A stretch of DNA of 64,000 nt from Octopus vulgaris (taxonomy: Eukaryota), in NCBI GenBank assembly GCA_951406725.2, contig OX597833.1, positions 40,176,001-40,240,000 of the forward strand. The letters run 5' to 3'. A program made the position numbers and the translations under genes. The notes under the pieces were generated by a model that was not told where the DNA came from, searched no databases, and worked only from the letters and a program-made list of their open reading frames with translations. Below, piece by piece: positions 42,250-55,197 of the stretch (positions are counted from its first letter, which is position 1; the number at the start of each line of letters is the position of its first letter).

Positions 42250-42715
42250 TATTTACCAAATTTTTAACATCATCTCCTTCACAATAGTCAACTTACACAG
42301 CAATACACCTGTCCCTGCACTGCTGCCACTTTTGGAATCCAGCCTGGAAGTGATTTTCCATAATCAGTTTGAGGACCTTCTACAATTCACTCTGGCTATT
42401 GGCAATAGTGTTAAAACAATGAATTTGAGCTGCATTTTAATCTTGGGGAAGTCATGGAAGTCTGCTGGTGCTAAATCTGAGGAAATAGGGTAGGTGCAGA
42501 AGTGATACCATGTTGTTTTTGGCAAGAAACTCATGAATAAGGAGGGCTGAATGACAGAGTGCATTGTCATCTTGAGGAATCCAATTCTTCATGTGCCACA
42601 GATCCTGTTGCCTTTGCTAAATGTTCTCTCTCTCTCAAATGCTTCAAATTATTGTTGACTGTCTTCTGACAATCTTCACACATAAGCTGATGAATTTTCT
42701 TCATATTTCCAGGAG
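42250..42715 (-). mobile_element. Mariner transposase C-terminal relic
   Basis: YPISSDLAPADFHDFPKIKMQLK matches the mariner PYSPDLAP.DF.LFPK.K motif. Confidence 0.75.
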
Positions 42716-43050
42716 TTTGGTGCTGGTACCACATTAAAAAAAGCACCCAGTACACTCTGTAATGTAGATGGTATTAAGAAAAGCATCCAGCTGTAGAAAC
42801 CATGCAAAAAGAGACAACTGGAGCCTGGTACAGCTCTCTGGTTTGCCAGCACCTATCAAAGCACCCACCATATGCCAGCATGGAAAACGCACATATGATG
42901 ATGATGATGAGGATGATGATGATGATGGTGGTGGTGGTGGTGGTGGTGATGATTATGATGATGATTATTATTATGACGATGATTATTATTATGATGATGA
43001 TTATTATTATGATGATGATTATTATTATGATGATGATGGTGATGATGATA
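42716..43050 (+). mobile_element. Degenerate family A end with expanded GAT/TAT tail
   Basis: aaagcacccagtacactct..gcatccagctgtagaaac..catggaaaacg then the repeat tract. Confidence 0.75.
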
Positions 43051-43931
43051 TTATGTCTGTATGTATTGTACATTATGCTGTAAATTCAGTATAATTCGTA
43101 TAACTAACATAATATGTCTTATCTGTTTTAACCTTGTCCTCCTATTAACCATTCATTCCGCTAGATCTTACTACACTAAATTATTAAACAAAAATAATTA
43201 AATAACAAGTCAGAAATCAATATTTCGAATTCACAAAAGCTAGAATTGAACTATTTGTAAAAGATTTCTGTAGATTTCTGACTAAAGAGTCTGGGAGAAC
43301 AGTGGTTTTGTTCTCAACATATTCAATGGGATTACAGTGTGGAGTGAACATGTAAAAGTTAAAGAGAGAAGGAGAGGGTGAGATGGAGAGACAGAGAGCA
43401 AGAGAGAACGAGAGAGAGTTGATAACATAAGAGACAAAAGGAGAAAGAAGATTGAGAGAGAGAAAAATACAAATTCATTGAGAGACAAAGAGAGATAGAA
43501 GGAAATAAAGACAAGTACAGTATGAGATTATAAAGAGATAGAAAGAGAAAGACAAAGAGAAGGAGATAAATACATTAGGAGCCAAAGAGAAATAAGGTGA
43601 ATGACAAAAGGAGAAAGAACTAGGGAGACAAATACATTGAAAAACAAAGAGAGAGATAATGGGAAAAAAAAAAAGGAAGAAAGATAGTTAAAAGAGGAGA
43701 GAAAATTATGAAGAGAAAGAGGGTTATATGTTTTTAGCATATTTCATTAACAGTTTAAGTTATCTATATGTATTTTGAAGGTGTATGTATGGCAATGGCT
43801 TAACTGACCGAAATTTCAAACTCACTGTCAACAGCATTTGTGTTCAAAAATGATAAATTTGTTCTCTAGAAATGTATAGAGTAACCCATCAGACTAATGT
43901 AAAATTGTTTATACTATAACTGAGCATAAAA

Positions 43932-44133
43932 ACGTGTACCGTTGGCGATTTTTTTCCTCCGTCTTCCCTTCTTTGGATCTTTCCATTTCCTATGTTTCTG
44001 ACGAAGAGCTCCACTCGAAACGTTAAATCCTCCGTCTTTCTTTCCTTTCCTAATAGTCCAATAACACTATACTTGTTCCACGTCCTCGCGTTGATGTGCT
44101 TTCTCTGTGTGCTTTCATGTTTGGATTAACTAT
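43932..44133 (+). mobile_element. Family H1 copy; hammerhead motif at 43994-44028
   Basis: gttt-CTGACGA-a-gag-ctcca-ctc-GAAA-CGTT-aaat. Confidence 0.75.
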
Positions 44134-44204
44134 ATAAATATATACAGCTAATAAAAAATGTGTCAGAAAGAAGCACACTCTAAAAATATAGAGCAGTAAT
44201 TATT

Positions 44205-44350
44205 ACAACAAAATTATATATAGAGTTACCCAAGGTTTTGCACCCACAAAGCTAAAGCCCTGTGGACTGCTTGTCCGACTCTATATGAATGCAAAATTTT
44301 TAGCTTTGTGGATGCAAAACCTTGGGTAACTCTATATAAAATTTTGTTGT
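44205..44350. repeat. Inverted repeat, ~52-bp arms and ~42-bp spacer
   Basis: acaacaaaatt.tatatagagttacccaaggttttgca.ccacaaagctaaa on both strands, two mismatches. Confidence 0.9.
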
Positions 44351-44723
44351 CGGTGGCACATAAAAACACCATCCGAGCGTGGCCGTTCGCCAGCCTCGTC
44401 TGGCACCTGTGTCGGTGGCACATAAAAACACCATCCGAGCGTGGCCGTTCGCCAGCTTCGTCTGGCACCTGTGTCGGTGGCACATAAAAACACCATCCGA
44501 GCGTGGCCGTTCGCCAGCCTCGTCTGGCACCTGTGTCGGTGGCACATAAAATCACCCACTACACTCTCGGAGTGGTTGGCGTTAGGAAGGGCATCCAGCT
44601 GTAGAAACACTGCCAGATCTGACTGGCCTGGTGCAGCCTTCGGGCTCCCCAGACCCCAGTTGAACCGTCCAACCCATGCTAGCATGGAAAGCGGACGTTA
44701 AATGATGATGATGATGATGATGA
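44349..44723 (+). mobile_element. Family A copy with three near-identical 62-bp units
   Basis: gtcggtggcacataaaaacaccatccgagcgtggccgttcgccagc(c/t)tcgtctggcacctgt repeated three times. Confidence 0.92.
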
Positions 44724-44741
44724 TATATATATATATATCTA

Positions 44742-45624
44742 CAGGGTACAATGGGTAAACTGTTGCCATTTTATATTTTTAATTGTATGCATGTTTTGTT
44801 TTGAATTTTGTTGACTACACAGTATAGTAGGGTCAGTTGGGCACCATCTGTGAGGAAAACAGCACCATGACACAATTCACTCTGCCAGAAATTTGGAAAT
44901 GACATACTGTACTGCTTGGCATTGTCGTTGGACGCTCCAATACAAACATTTCAGGGTGTTTGAGTATCAATCTGAGAAAAGTGCAATCTGAGGACATGTA
45001 CTGAGAGTGATAAAAAATCAAACATCCAGTCAACATCATGGTGTTTGGAGTTATCACTAATGATGGTGACATTATGCCTCCAGACATCTTCTCATGTGGC
45101 CTCAAACTCAACACAGAGACCTACATCAAGTGCCTGGAGAAGGTAGTGCTGTCCTGGGTCAAGAAGGTGGTTACTGGAAGACCCTATCTTTAGCAACAGG
45201 ACTCTGCACTATACCACACAAGCAGGAGAACTCAGTCATGGCTGTCAGACAATTTCTGCAACCTCATCACCCCAAACATCTGGCCACCTAACTCCCCAGA
45301 CTGCAAACCCCTTGATTATTATGTGTGGGGCACAGTGAGTGGCAGACCAACAAAACTCATTGTAACACCAAAGATGAACTGAAGGTAAGGATTATGGCAG
45401 CATTCACCAACTTAACCAAGGAAACCGTCCAGATGAGTTGCAAGAGATTCTGAAGTCCTCTGGAGGCTGTGGTTGAAGCCAATGGCGATTTTATTGAATA
45501 AATTTACTCTTTAGCATTTCAAGGTACTTTTATGTAATTTTGGTAAATATATCTATTAAAATGAGATGTCAGTGTTATTTTCATTTTTGCATAATTTAGA
45601 TGACAGTCTATTCATCACATTCTG
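44742..45624 (+). mobile_element. maT-family (DD37D) Tc1/mariner element, internally deleted
   Basis: TA flanks, degenerate TIRs; KHPVNIMVFGVI...QQDSA...IWPPNSPDCKPLDYYVWG with 37 residues between the last two catalytic D. Confidence 0.9.
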
Positions 45625-45636
45625 TATGTGTGTGTG

Positions 45637-45673
<37 letters not shown>

Positions 45674-46069
45674 GTGTGTGTGTGTCAGTGTGTGTGTATG
45701 TGTGTGTTTGTGCGTGTGTATGTGTGTGTGTGCATATCATCTCCACCGATCCCATGCCTTTCCTCTACCAAAACTACAAAGCAGTAAGAATAAGTAATAT
45801 ATGTATACACAAACATATATGCATACATTTACATACATACACTTCTGTCTATCTATCTATCTACCTATTTAACTAATGTACAGTACATACATTTGTTCAC
45901 AATAAACAAATCAATTGTGCAGGTTGTTTAGCAAGAAATTGCTATCAAAATATAAAAGGGCGAGTAGAGAAGAAAAAGAAAAAAATTTAATATGGCAACT
46001 TTTCAGTGGATGCATGAGTCTTAAATGAATAATTACATTGGGAGAAAGAGTTGCAGCTACAAAACATAC

Positions 46070-46490
46070 CATGTTCATAAGGATTTTTAACTACTTGGTG
46101 TTAATCAATAGTTTTCCTATGTCTATGCAGACATGAATGGCCTTCTCCTCAATACATACAACTGGCATCAAATGTCCTTGTCCACCAAAGTTCTGTTAGT
46201 TCACTCCAAAACTTGAAATTATTTTCCTTTTCCAGGATCATCATTGATAACGCTTTGAACCCATTGGATGAATAATGGTGTCCTTATAGAGTCCAAGCAT
46301 TTCGGATGGCTTTCTCGTTGGAGCATTTGGAACATTCCTGCCAGAAGCTTTCCAAATCCATCCAAACTTTGCATACAAAAGATCTTGCAACATTCAAAAA
46401 GTTGGCAATTTCTAAATCAAGAGTATATACTAAAAATGATTGCGTGTATTTTCATTTCTGGTGTTATTTTATCTGGTACATGAGATCTTA
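46070..46490 (-). mobile_element. Tc1/mariner-superfamily transposase N-terminal relic
   Basis: Frameshifted TPEMKIHAII..DLEIANFLNVARSFVCKV..DSIRTPLFIQWVQSVINDDPGK, an HTH-type transposase N-terminus. Confidence 0.65.
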
Positions 46491-47009
46491 AGGAAATTTA
46501 AAATTTCTTATTAGTTTGAATAGACTAATACACCAATAATTAAATGTCTGTAAATACCCCTTGCATGCTGTATATATGTGTGCATATATACACACACCCA
46601 CCTACAACAACAACAACACACACACATATACACAAATATATACATTTATGCTTGTTGTCACCATCAATAAAGAAAACAAGTAAAATAAGTAGTAGGAATT
46701 TTCCAAAAAAATCATGCATTCTTCATGCAAAATTTAAGGGAATGTGGTGTTTGGTGGGAAGCTAGGTTTGCAATACCTGTGGAGGTGTATGTCTTTCAGA
46801 GGCTGGGCTCATTAGTCACCAGCAGAGCCACAAGTGAAAAGTATAAATTTGTCAGAGTCAGTGGTCTTAACATGGTCTGTGATGTCCCCCTTGGTCACAA
46901 GTGGAAAATATATGTATGTGTATGGCTATATATATATGTGTGTGTGTGTGTGTGTATGTATAATTTTATATGTATGTGAAAATATATATATATTTATTCC
47001 AGTATGTAC

Positions 47010-47044
<35 letters not shown>

Positions 47045-47154
47045 CATATGTATGTATGTATGCATGTATGTATGTATGCATGTATGTATGTATATATACA
47101 TATATATGATTATACTTATTTATAAATATATACACACACACATACATGTACACA

Positions 47155-47189
<35 letters not shown>

Positions 47190-47327
47190 CTGTGTGTGTG
47201 TGTATTCATGAAGTGCTTACATATATCTGCATACACAAACATTCATAAATTTATCCATGTGTATGTTAACACACATAAATATAACACAAATATATAAATG
47301 CATGAAAATATAATGATCACAAACATA

Positions 47328-47398
<71 letters not shown>

Positions 47399-47981
47399 CT
47401 ATATATCTATCTATCTATCTATCTATCTCTCTATCTCTATCTCTCCTTCTCTTCTTCTCTCTCCCACTCTCTCTCACACTCACACTCACACTCTGTGTCT
47501 GTATTTGCACATGTATGTGTGTGTAAGCGTGTGTGTGTGTGTATGTATATGTGTGCATGCATGCATGTATGCACATGTAGACATGAGTAGTTATACAGTT
47601 GTGAGTGGTTCTGCGTGAATAGGATTAACTGTAGGCACACTCATTTATATGTCTATAAGTATATGTGTAGTTACGTATGCAAGTGCATACACACACATAT
47701 CATGTGTGTGTGTGTGTGTGTTAATTTATATATGCATATATATACATGTTAATGCATATAGGCAAATACGCAAAATGCGTTTATCAGAAACTAAAAGTAA
47801 TTACCTATTAATAAACATGAGGATCTGCTTCTTCATAAACTTCCACTGTCGTGTGCATATTCATAAACACATACATCCACACACACACACACACATAGAT
47901 ATATATATATGTGTGTGTACATGTTTCTGTACGTGTCTTCCAATTAGTTGTGTATGTAAGAACATATATGTGACTACCGAC

Positions 47982-48012
<31 letters not shown>

Positions 48013-48138
48013 CATGTATGTATGTGTGTATGTATGTACGTATGTATGTATGTATGTATATATGTATGTATGTATGCATGTACGTATATATGTATGTATG
48101 CATGTATGTATGTATGTATGTATATATATGTATGTATG

Positions 48139-48171
<33 letters not shown>

Positions 48172-48397
48172 CTTTCTCTTTCCCTTTATCTCTATAAAGT
48201 ACATATGAACATACATACATATACATATATACATATACATGCACACACACACATACACATATATATACACACACACACATAAATGCATATATATATTATA
48301 AAGGCATATATGTATTGGTGTGTGAATATGTGTGTGTGTATGTATATACATGCATACATATATATATAAACATATATACATATATATATGTGCACAT

Positions 48398-48485
<88 letters not shown>

Positions 48486-48812
48486 TTGTGTGAGCACATG
48501 TTCGTTTTCATGCACACATGCATGCATTCATTTATACATACACATGCAAACCCTGTCCCTTGCAATGATAAGATCTATTGGCTGTCAGCAAGATAACATC
48601 TGTAGTAATTCTAGATTTGGAAGGGAGTGGAGGTGACTCACATTACACACTCACATTCACAGAAATATATACATATTCATATACATATATATATTTACAT
48701 ACTCTCACACACATACCAGCTTCCATATTTTCGCAAGTATATATGCATATACATTAATATTACGCATCATACACATACTCCAACTCCCACACTCAATAAT
48801 ATAAATATGTGC

Positions 48813-48872
<60 letters not shown>

Positions 48873-48875
48873 GTG

Positions 48876-48908
<33 letters not shown>

Positions 48909-49383
48909 GTACTCATGGACAAACACACTCATACACACATAAGCATACACACAAGCACATGCACACACAAACAGATATATGTATGTATATATTTTCACTT
49001 ACATGCCTACTAAAAATACTCTATCACATGCATGTACACTCACACATACACACAAACATACATACATACACTCTCCTACACACATGCTTACACATACACT
49101 TTTGCATACACACACTCATACAGGCCTGCCTAAACAAACATGCAGAGACACATGACACATACATATGCATATCTGTGATTATATCTGAACACACATATGT
49201 TATATGATATATGTATATACACATACATTAATATAATTCCAAACGTACAAACATAGTATGGCTATGAACAAGCATATATGCAGAAATCATTAAAATAATG
49301 CTTAACTAAGGGATATATAAAGTACATAAGGTCTATATAGCCATGCTGTAAAAATACAACCTGTGTGGGGGTGTATATATATA

Positions 49384-49436
<53 letters not shown>

Positions 49437-49584
49437 GTATATATATATACACATATAGATATACATATATATATATATATACATATATACATATATATAT
49501 ATACATATATACACACACACATATATATATACATATATACACACACACATATATATACATATATACATATATACACATATATAT

Positions 49585-49805
49585 ATTCTTTTATTCTTTT
49601 ACTTGTTTCAGCCATTTGACTGTGGCTATGCTGGACCACCGCCTTTAGTCAAAGAAATTGACCCCAGGACTTAAGCCTGATAGTTATTTTATTGGTCTCT
49701 TTTGCCAAACCACTAAGTTAGAGGGATGCAAACACACCAATATTGGTTATCAAACGATGGTGGGTGGACAAACACAGACACACAAACATATATATACATA
49801 CATAC

Positions 49806-49847
<42 letters not shown>

Positions 49848-50003
49848 CAAACTTCTTTCAGTTTTTGTCTACCAAATCCACTCACAAGTCTTTGGTCAGC
49901 CCAAGGCTATATCAAAAGACATTTGCCCAAGCTGCCACACATTGGGACTGAACTTGGAACCAAGTGGTTGTGAAGCAAGCTTCTTACCACACAACCATGT
50001 CTG
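49585..50003 (-). mobile_element. Family B SINE
   Basis: Homology to other B copies. Confidence 0.85.
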
Positions 50004-50413
50004 CACCTTCCGTAAACAAAATCATCTCACTCACCAACATATATATATATAGATATAGATATATATATAATTATGTATGCCTGTATATGTATCATTGCTT
50101 TTGTCATCATCAGTTTTTTTACATTCACTATCTTCATGCCGCTGGTATGTGTTGCACAAAATGAGCTGAGGCAGTATTCCACAGCTGGAAGCCTTTCTTG
50201 AAGCCAATCTTTAAATGCTTAATCCTTTTTTTTGTGTGTGTTGTTTTGACAAATATGGTACTTTATTCCTGTACATTGAACTGCTGAGTGAGATGATTTT
50301 GTTTATAGAAGACATAAACAAATATCTCTGTAATTGAAGTGGTGTCAATACAAGGACATGCAAGGACAAAAACGCACTGAAATACTAATTTCCATACATA
50401 TGTATGTATATAT

Positions 50414-50481
<68 letters not shown>

Positions 50482-50556
50482 GAGAGATAGATAGATAGAT
50501 AGATAGACAGTTAGACAGACAGATAGACAGATAGATAGATAGATAGAGAGATAGAG

Positions 50557-50613
<57 letters not shown>

Positions 50614-50985
50614 TACATACATACATATATGTGTGTGTGTGTAGAAAAGAGAAAGTAACACACAAGTTGATATGTATATAAGGAAAATATGACAAGGTAG
50701 AAAATGCAAAATTAATTTTATCATAATTTTACATTTTAATGCCGGTTTCCCCCTTTTAGACTTTTTCAACTAAGAGTAAAATAAGAAAAACGATTAAATT
50801 GGAGAAAAAAAGTTAAGTGAAATGTTTTGTAGATATTTCCATAGTTTTTAAAAAGGTAAAGTAAATATTTCAGGTAGTCTGTCTCTCTTTATATTCCATT
50901 GTGAATGCTTCATAGGTGGGTAGTAGTAAATCTGAAGGAATAGTTTGGATACAGTGAATTGATGGTTTAAGCAGAAGTAGCCAAG

Positions 50986-51054
50986 GAAGAAGAAGAAGAA
51001 GAAGAAGAAGAAGAAGAAGAAGAAGAAGAAGAAGAAGAAGAAGAAGAAGAAGAA
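50986..51054. repeat. (GAA)n pure repeat
   Basis: Seen directly. Confidence 0.95.
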
Positions 51055-51304
51055 GGAAAAGAAGGGGGAGAAGGAGAAAGAAAATACAGGAGTACTGTGA
51101 CACAGTAAATTTTTTGTGGAATCTTCTTTAATGGTCAAATGACCTAAAAGTGACCTGCTTTGGTCATAGCAGTAGTGGTTGGAATTGTTCTAAATTCTTG
51201 TAGTAGTTTCATCTGTGGTGGTGGCAGCATACAAAGTAGGTTTATATTTTGTAGTAGAATATGCTTCTTTGCTAATGCGCTGATTATAGGTTGCATTGTC
51301 CCTG

Positions 51305-51503
51305 AATTTATAGAGGGGAAAATTCTAAAGTTGAGTTGTTCGTTAGTGGCACAAACATTGGTGTGCTTGCTAATTCTATTTTTCTGTATTCTCATACTTT
51401 AATCTGGAATCTATGTACCATCATCCTCTGGCATAGACTGTTTTTAGTTTGACCAATATATTGTTCTTGACACCCTGAGCAAGTTTATTCATATATTAGT
51501 ACA
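51305..51503 (-). pseudogene. Penelope-like element GIY-YIG endonuclease remnant
   Basis: LIY..TCSGCQEQYIGQTKNSLCQRMMVHRFQIK then frameshift ..SKHTNVCA..FRIFP. Confidence 0.85.
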
Positions 51504-51506
51504 GTG

Positions 51507-51855
51507 TCACACCATTCGAGCGTGATTGGTACTGCGTCGCCTTACTAGCACTTGTGCTGGTGGCTTGTGAAACATTCGAGCAAGGACGTTGCCAGTGCCT
51601 CTGGACTGGCTCCTGTGCAGGTGGCACGTAAAAAGCACCATTTGGACGTGGCCGTTGCCAGTACCACCAAACTGGTGCTCATGCCGGTGGCATGTAAAAG
51701 CATCCACTACACTCTCGGAGTGGTTGGCATTAGGAAGGGCATCCAGCTGTAGAAACTCTGCCAGATCAGATAGGAGTCTGGTTCGCCAGACCTCAGTCAA
51801 ATCGTCCAACCCATGCTAGCATGGAAAGCAGATGTTAAATGATGATGATGACGAT
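51507..51855 (+). mobile_element. Family A copy lying within the Penelope-like relic
   Basis: Units, core and GAT tail. Confidence 0.88.
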
Positions 51856-51856
51856 G

Positions 51857-52030
51857 TAAGGGATATATTCATTTTAGTGTGTCTGGGGTGGAAAGAGTTG
51901 AATGGCAGATATTGCTTGGAGTGTGTGGGCTTATAGTAGATATATGTTTCTATTTTGTTGTTGGATTTCTTAATGAGGATGTCCAGGAATGGAAGTTGTT
52001 GGTTGGATAAGTATAGGATTAATATAGAGA
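51857..52030 (-). pseudogene. Penelope-like element RT C-terminal remnant
   Basis: LPFLDILIKKSNNKIETYIYYKPTHSKQYLPFNSFHPRHTKMNI matches the PLE motif LPFLD..Y.KPT...YL...S.HP. Confidence 0.9.
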
Positions 52031-52129
52031 ATGCCCCTGCTACTGAATACATACATAAACATCAACACGGAGCATATTGGTGGGACATTTGCAGCAAAAT
52101 TTCTATCAAGAGTAAACATAACAGACATC

Positions 52130-52310
52130 GCTAGCCACTAAACCTTTTTTGTAATTTTCTTTCCCTGTTTATTTCTGTGTTCCTTTCTGTTGAAGAGTGT
52201 AGGTTCGAAACATAAAAGACTTTCTCACTTCCCGAGCATTAAACTAATACATCTGTATGTTGTTTACACACCCGTCTTTGTCTTTTGTGTTTTTGTTAAT
52301 TCTTTCAATC
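52130..52310 (+). mobile_element. Family H4 pLTR-like repeat; degenerate hammerhead at about 52183-52218
   Basis: cttt-CTGTTGA-a-gagtgtaggttc-GAAA-CATA-aaag; homologous to 53765-53925 (-). Confidence 0.6.
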
Positions 52311-52359
52311 ATATAAGTCAGTTTCTTGGATTACGAGAGACCTCCCTCATCCTCATTAT

Positions 52360-52425
<66 letters not shown>

Positions 52426-52492
52426 GCTATCATATAGGTCAGTTACCTTGTTGTGAATATCTCTTCAAAAATCAGAGAGAAAGAGGATAACT

Positions 52493-52645
52493 ATGGATGT
52501 GTGGTAAGTAGCTGGCTTACGAACCACATGGTTCCAGGTTCAGTCCCACTGCTTGGCACCTTGGGCAAATGTCTTCTACTATAGCCTCGGGTCGACCAAA
52601 GCCTTTTGAGTGGATTTGGTTGATGGAAACTGAAAGAAGCCTGCC

Positions 52646-52720
<75 letters not shown>

Positions 52721-52942
52721 TGTGTGTGTGTTTGTGTGTCTGTGTTTGTCCCCCAAAACATCGCTTGACAACCGATGCTGGTCTGATTACATCCCCATAA
52801 CTTAGCGGTTCAGCAAAAGTGACCGACAGAATAAGTACTAGGCTTACAAAAAATATGTCCTGGGGTCGATTTGCTCAACTAAAAGGTGATGCTCCAGCAT
52901 GGCCACAGTCAAATGACTGATACAAGTAAAAGAGTAAAAGAA
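52493..52942 (+). mobile_element. Family B SINE
   Basis: Full length; internal (TG)n. Confidence 0.9.
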
Positions 52943-53299
52943 AGACTAACTACTTCAAAACCTTCAGCTTCTATAATCAGATTACAAATTCACAATTACA
53001 CCAATAATATTTGGCACACTTGATTTTGTTGGTAAATGCCTAAGTTACAATTCGAGAAAATCAGAATTTTTACAAAAAGAAATCATCCACTTAATACACA
53101 AATGCAATTTGTAAGTGGAATAGTAAAAATATGCAAGACTTTTCTCAAGTTCAAAATGTATGTTGCTTTTGTCATCTACATTCCAATGATGGAGCATTAT
53201 ATTTTTGTAAGAAACCAGCTTCTTCCACACAGGAGGATTTTGGATAATTAAAAAAAAAAGAGAACATTCAAACACACATAAATATATACTCACACCCAC

Positions 53300-53347
53300 T
53301 ATATACGTACATACATGCATGCATGCATACATACATACATACATACA

Positions 53348-53380
<33 letters not shown>

Positions 53381-53666
53381 GTATATATGCATGCATACAT
53401 GCATGCATCCATGCATACATCCATGCCTACATACATATATACACACATGCATGTATACATACATACAATACATACATGCATGTACACACACACCTACATA
53501 CATGCATACATACATACATACATATGTACTTGTATACATGCATGCATACATACATATGTACTTGCATACATACATACATACAAACATACATACATATGTA
53601 CTTGCATACATACATACATACATACATACATACATACATGCATGTATACATACATGCATACATACA

Positions 53667-53697
<31 letters not shown>

Positions 53698-53722
53698 GTA
53701 CTTGCATATATGCATACATACA

Positions 53723-53752
<30 letters not shown>
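53300..53752. repeat. (CATA)n tract with recurring tatgtacttgca variants
   Basis: Seen directly. Confidence 0.95.
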
Positions 53753-53754
<2 letters not shown>

Positions 53755-53764
53755 GTTCAAATTT

Positions 53765-53925
53765 ACAGGATACAAATGGCAAAGACGGGTAAAGGTATAT
53801 TAGTTTAACGCTCAGGAAGAATGGAAAATCTTTGACGTTTCAAGCTTACGCTTTTCAATAGAAAGGATTGAGAGGTAAAAAAAACAGACATAGAAAAAAT
53901 TTTGTAGGGATTAAAGGTTCAACAT
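53765..53925 (-). mobile_element. Family H4 copy; degenerate hammerhead at 53830-53865
   Basis: Minus strand cttt-CTATTGA-a-aagc-gtaa-gctt-GAAA-CGTC-aaag. Confidence 0.6.
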
Positions 53926-54626
53926 GAGGAAAATATGTATACATATACGCATACATACATACAAGCATATATACATACATACACACATATGCACACACAC
54001 ACTGAATCTTGCCTACATCCACACACATAAGGGTAGAACTGAAAAAGTATAGCACGAGCATGTGATACCCTTTCCCTTCTAACAAAACATCATATCCTCT
54101 CTTCCCACCCTTGGTCCTCGAACCTACTTCTACCACCCTGATTTCTTTGCCATTACCATTCACACACCTCCACTACCATTCATGCCCACCCACCTCACAA
54201 TCTTCTCCATCTACCACCAACACCAACATGTTCTGTCTGTTAGAACTCTTCCCCCGCCACCACTCCATCCTGTCACCTCATTCTGCAATGTTGATTAAGA
54301 ACTAACAAACTTTAAACAATGGACAAACCACGATAACTATGGAAACGGCAGACTCCAGCAATTTTGTTTAACATCTGTAAGCTCTGACTTATCTCCCCTT
54401 GGTTTGGTGACTTGCCCCTCGCCTCCTCCAGCATCTCCCCCCACACACAAACACCTGCCTTCCCATTCATCATAAGATATTCCTTATCACAACTACATTT
54501 ATTTCTTACACATTTATACATATGCATGCGCATGCACACACACACACACTCACACACATACACACACACACATCTAGCCAATCTTCCTTTGTGTCTATCT
54601 TTCTATTTTTCTCACTTACACATACA

Positions 54627-54667
<41 letters not shown>

Positions 54668-55197
54668 GCACATACACATAAACACACACACACACACACA
54701 TACACACATACACAATCACACAAAAACAAATATGCAAAATATACACAGAAGCATACACACACATACATACACATACACACAAACATACACACACACAGAC
54801 ATACACATACACAAACATATGCAATCACACTAAAACAAATATAGAAAAACACTTTATGCCAACCACACAAACATACACATACAACATATAAACACACACA
54901 TCCAACATATACATATATGCAACATTTCCACATACTTCGAAACATGCACACATAAAACACATACACACATGCAAATACTACATAGGCACACATATACTTA
55001 AAAGTAGAACAAATGTGCACGCATAGAAATAAATATCTTATATAAATATATCTCTTACTACTACCACTTCAACTCAGGTACTAACTTTCCTCCAACTCCA
55101 ATACTACAGAACCTCCCACCCCAATACCAAAGCACCTCCTACTCAAATACTATAACGCCTCTCACTCCAATATTATAACACCTCCAAATCCAATACC

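Noticed and set aside
44349-44560. CRISPR-like appearance of the 62-bp units (also 63390-63780)
   Set aside because: No unique spacers of CRISPR type, no cas genes, eukaryotic context; the 62-bp units belong to a LINE 3'UTR.
46236-46275. Apparent terminal exon after ttttccttttccag encoding IIIDNALNPLDE*
   Set aside because: Better explained as the antisense of a transposase N-terminal relic.
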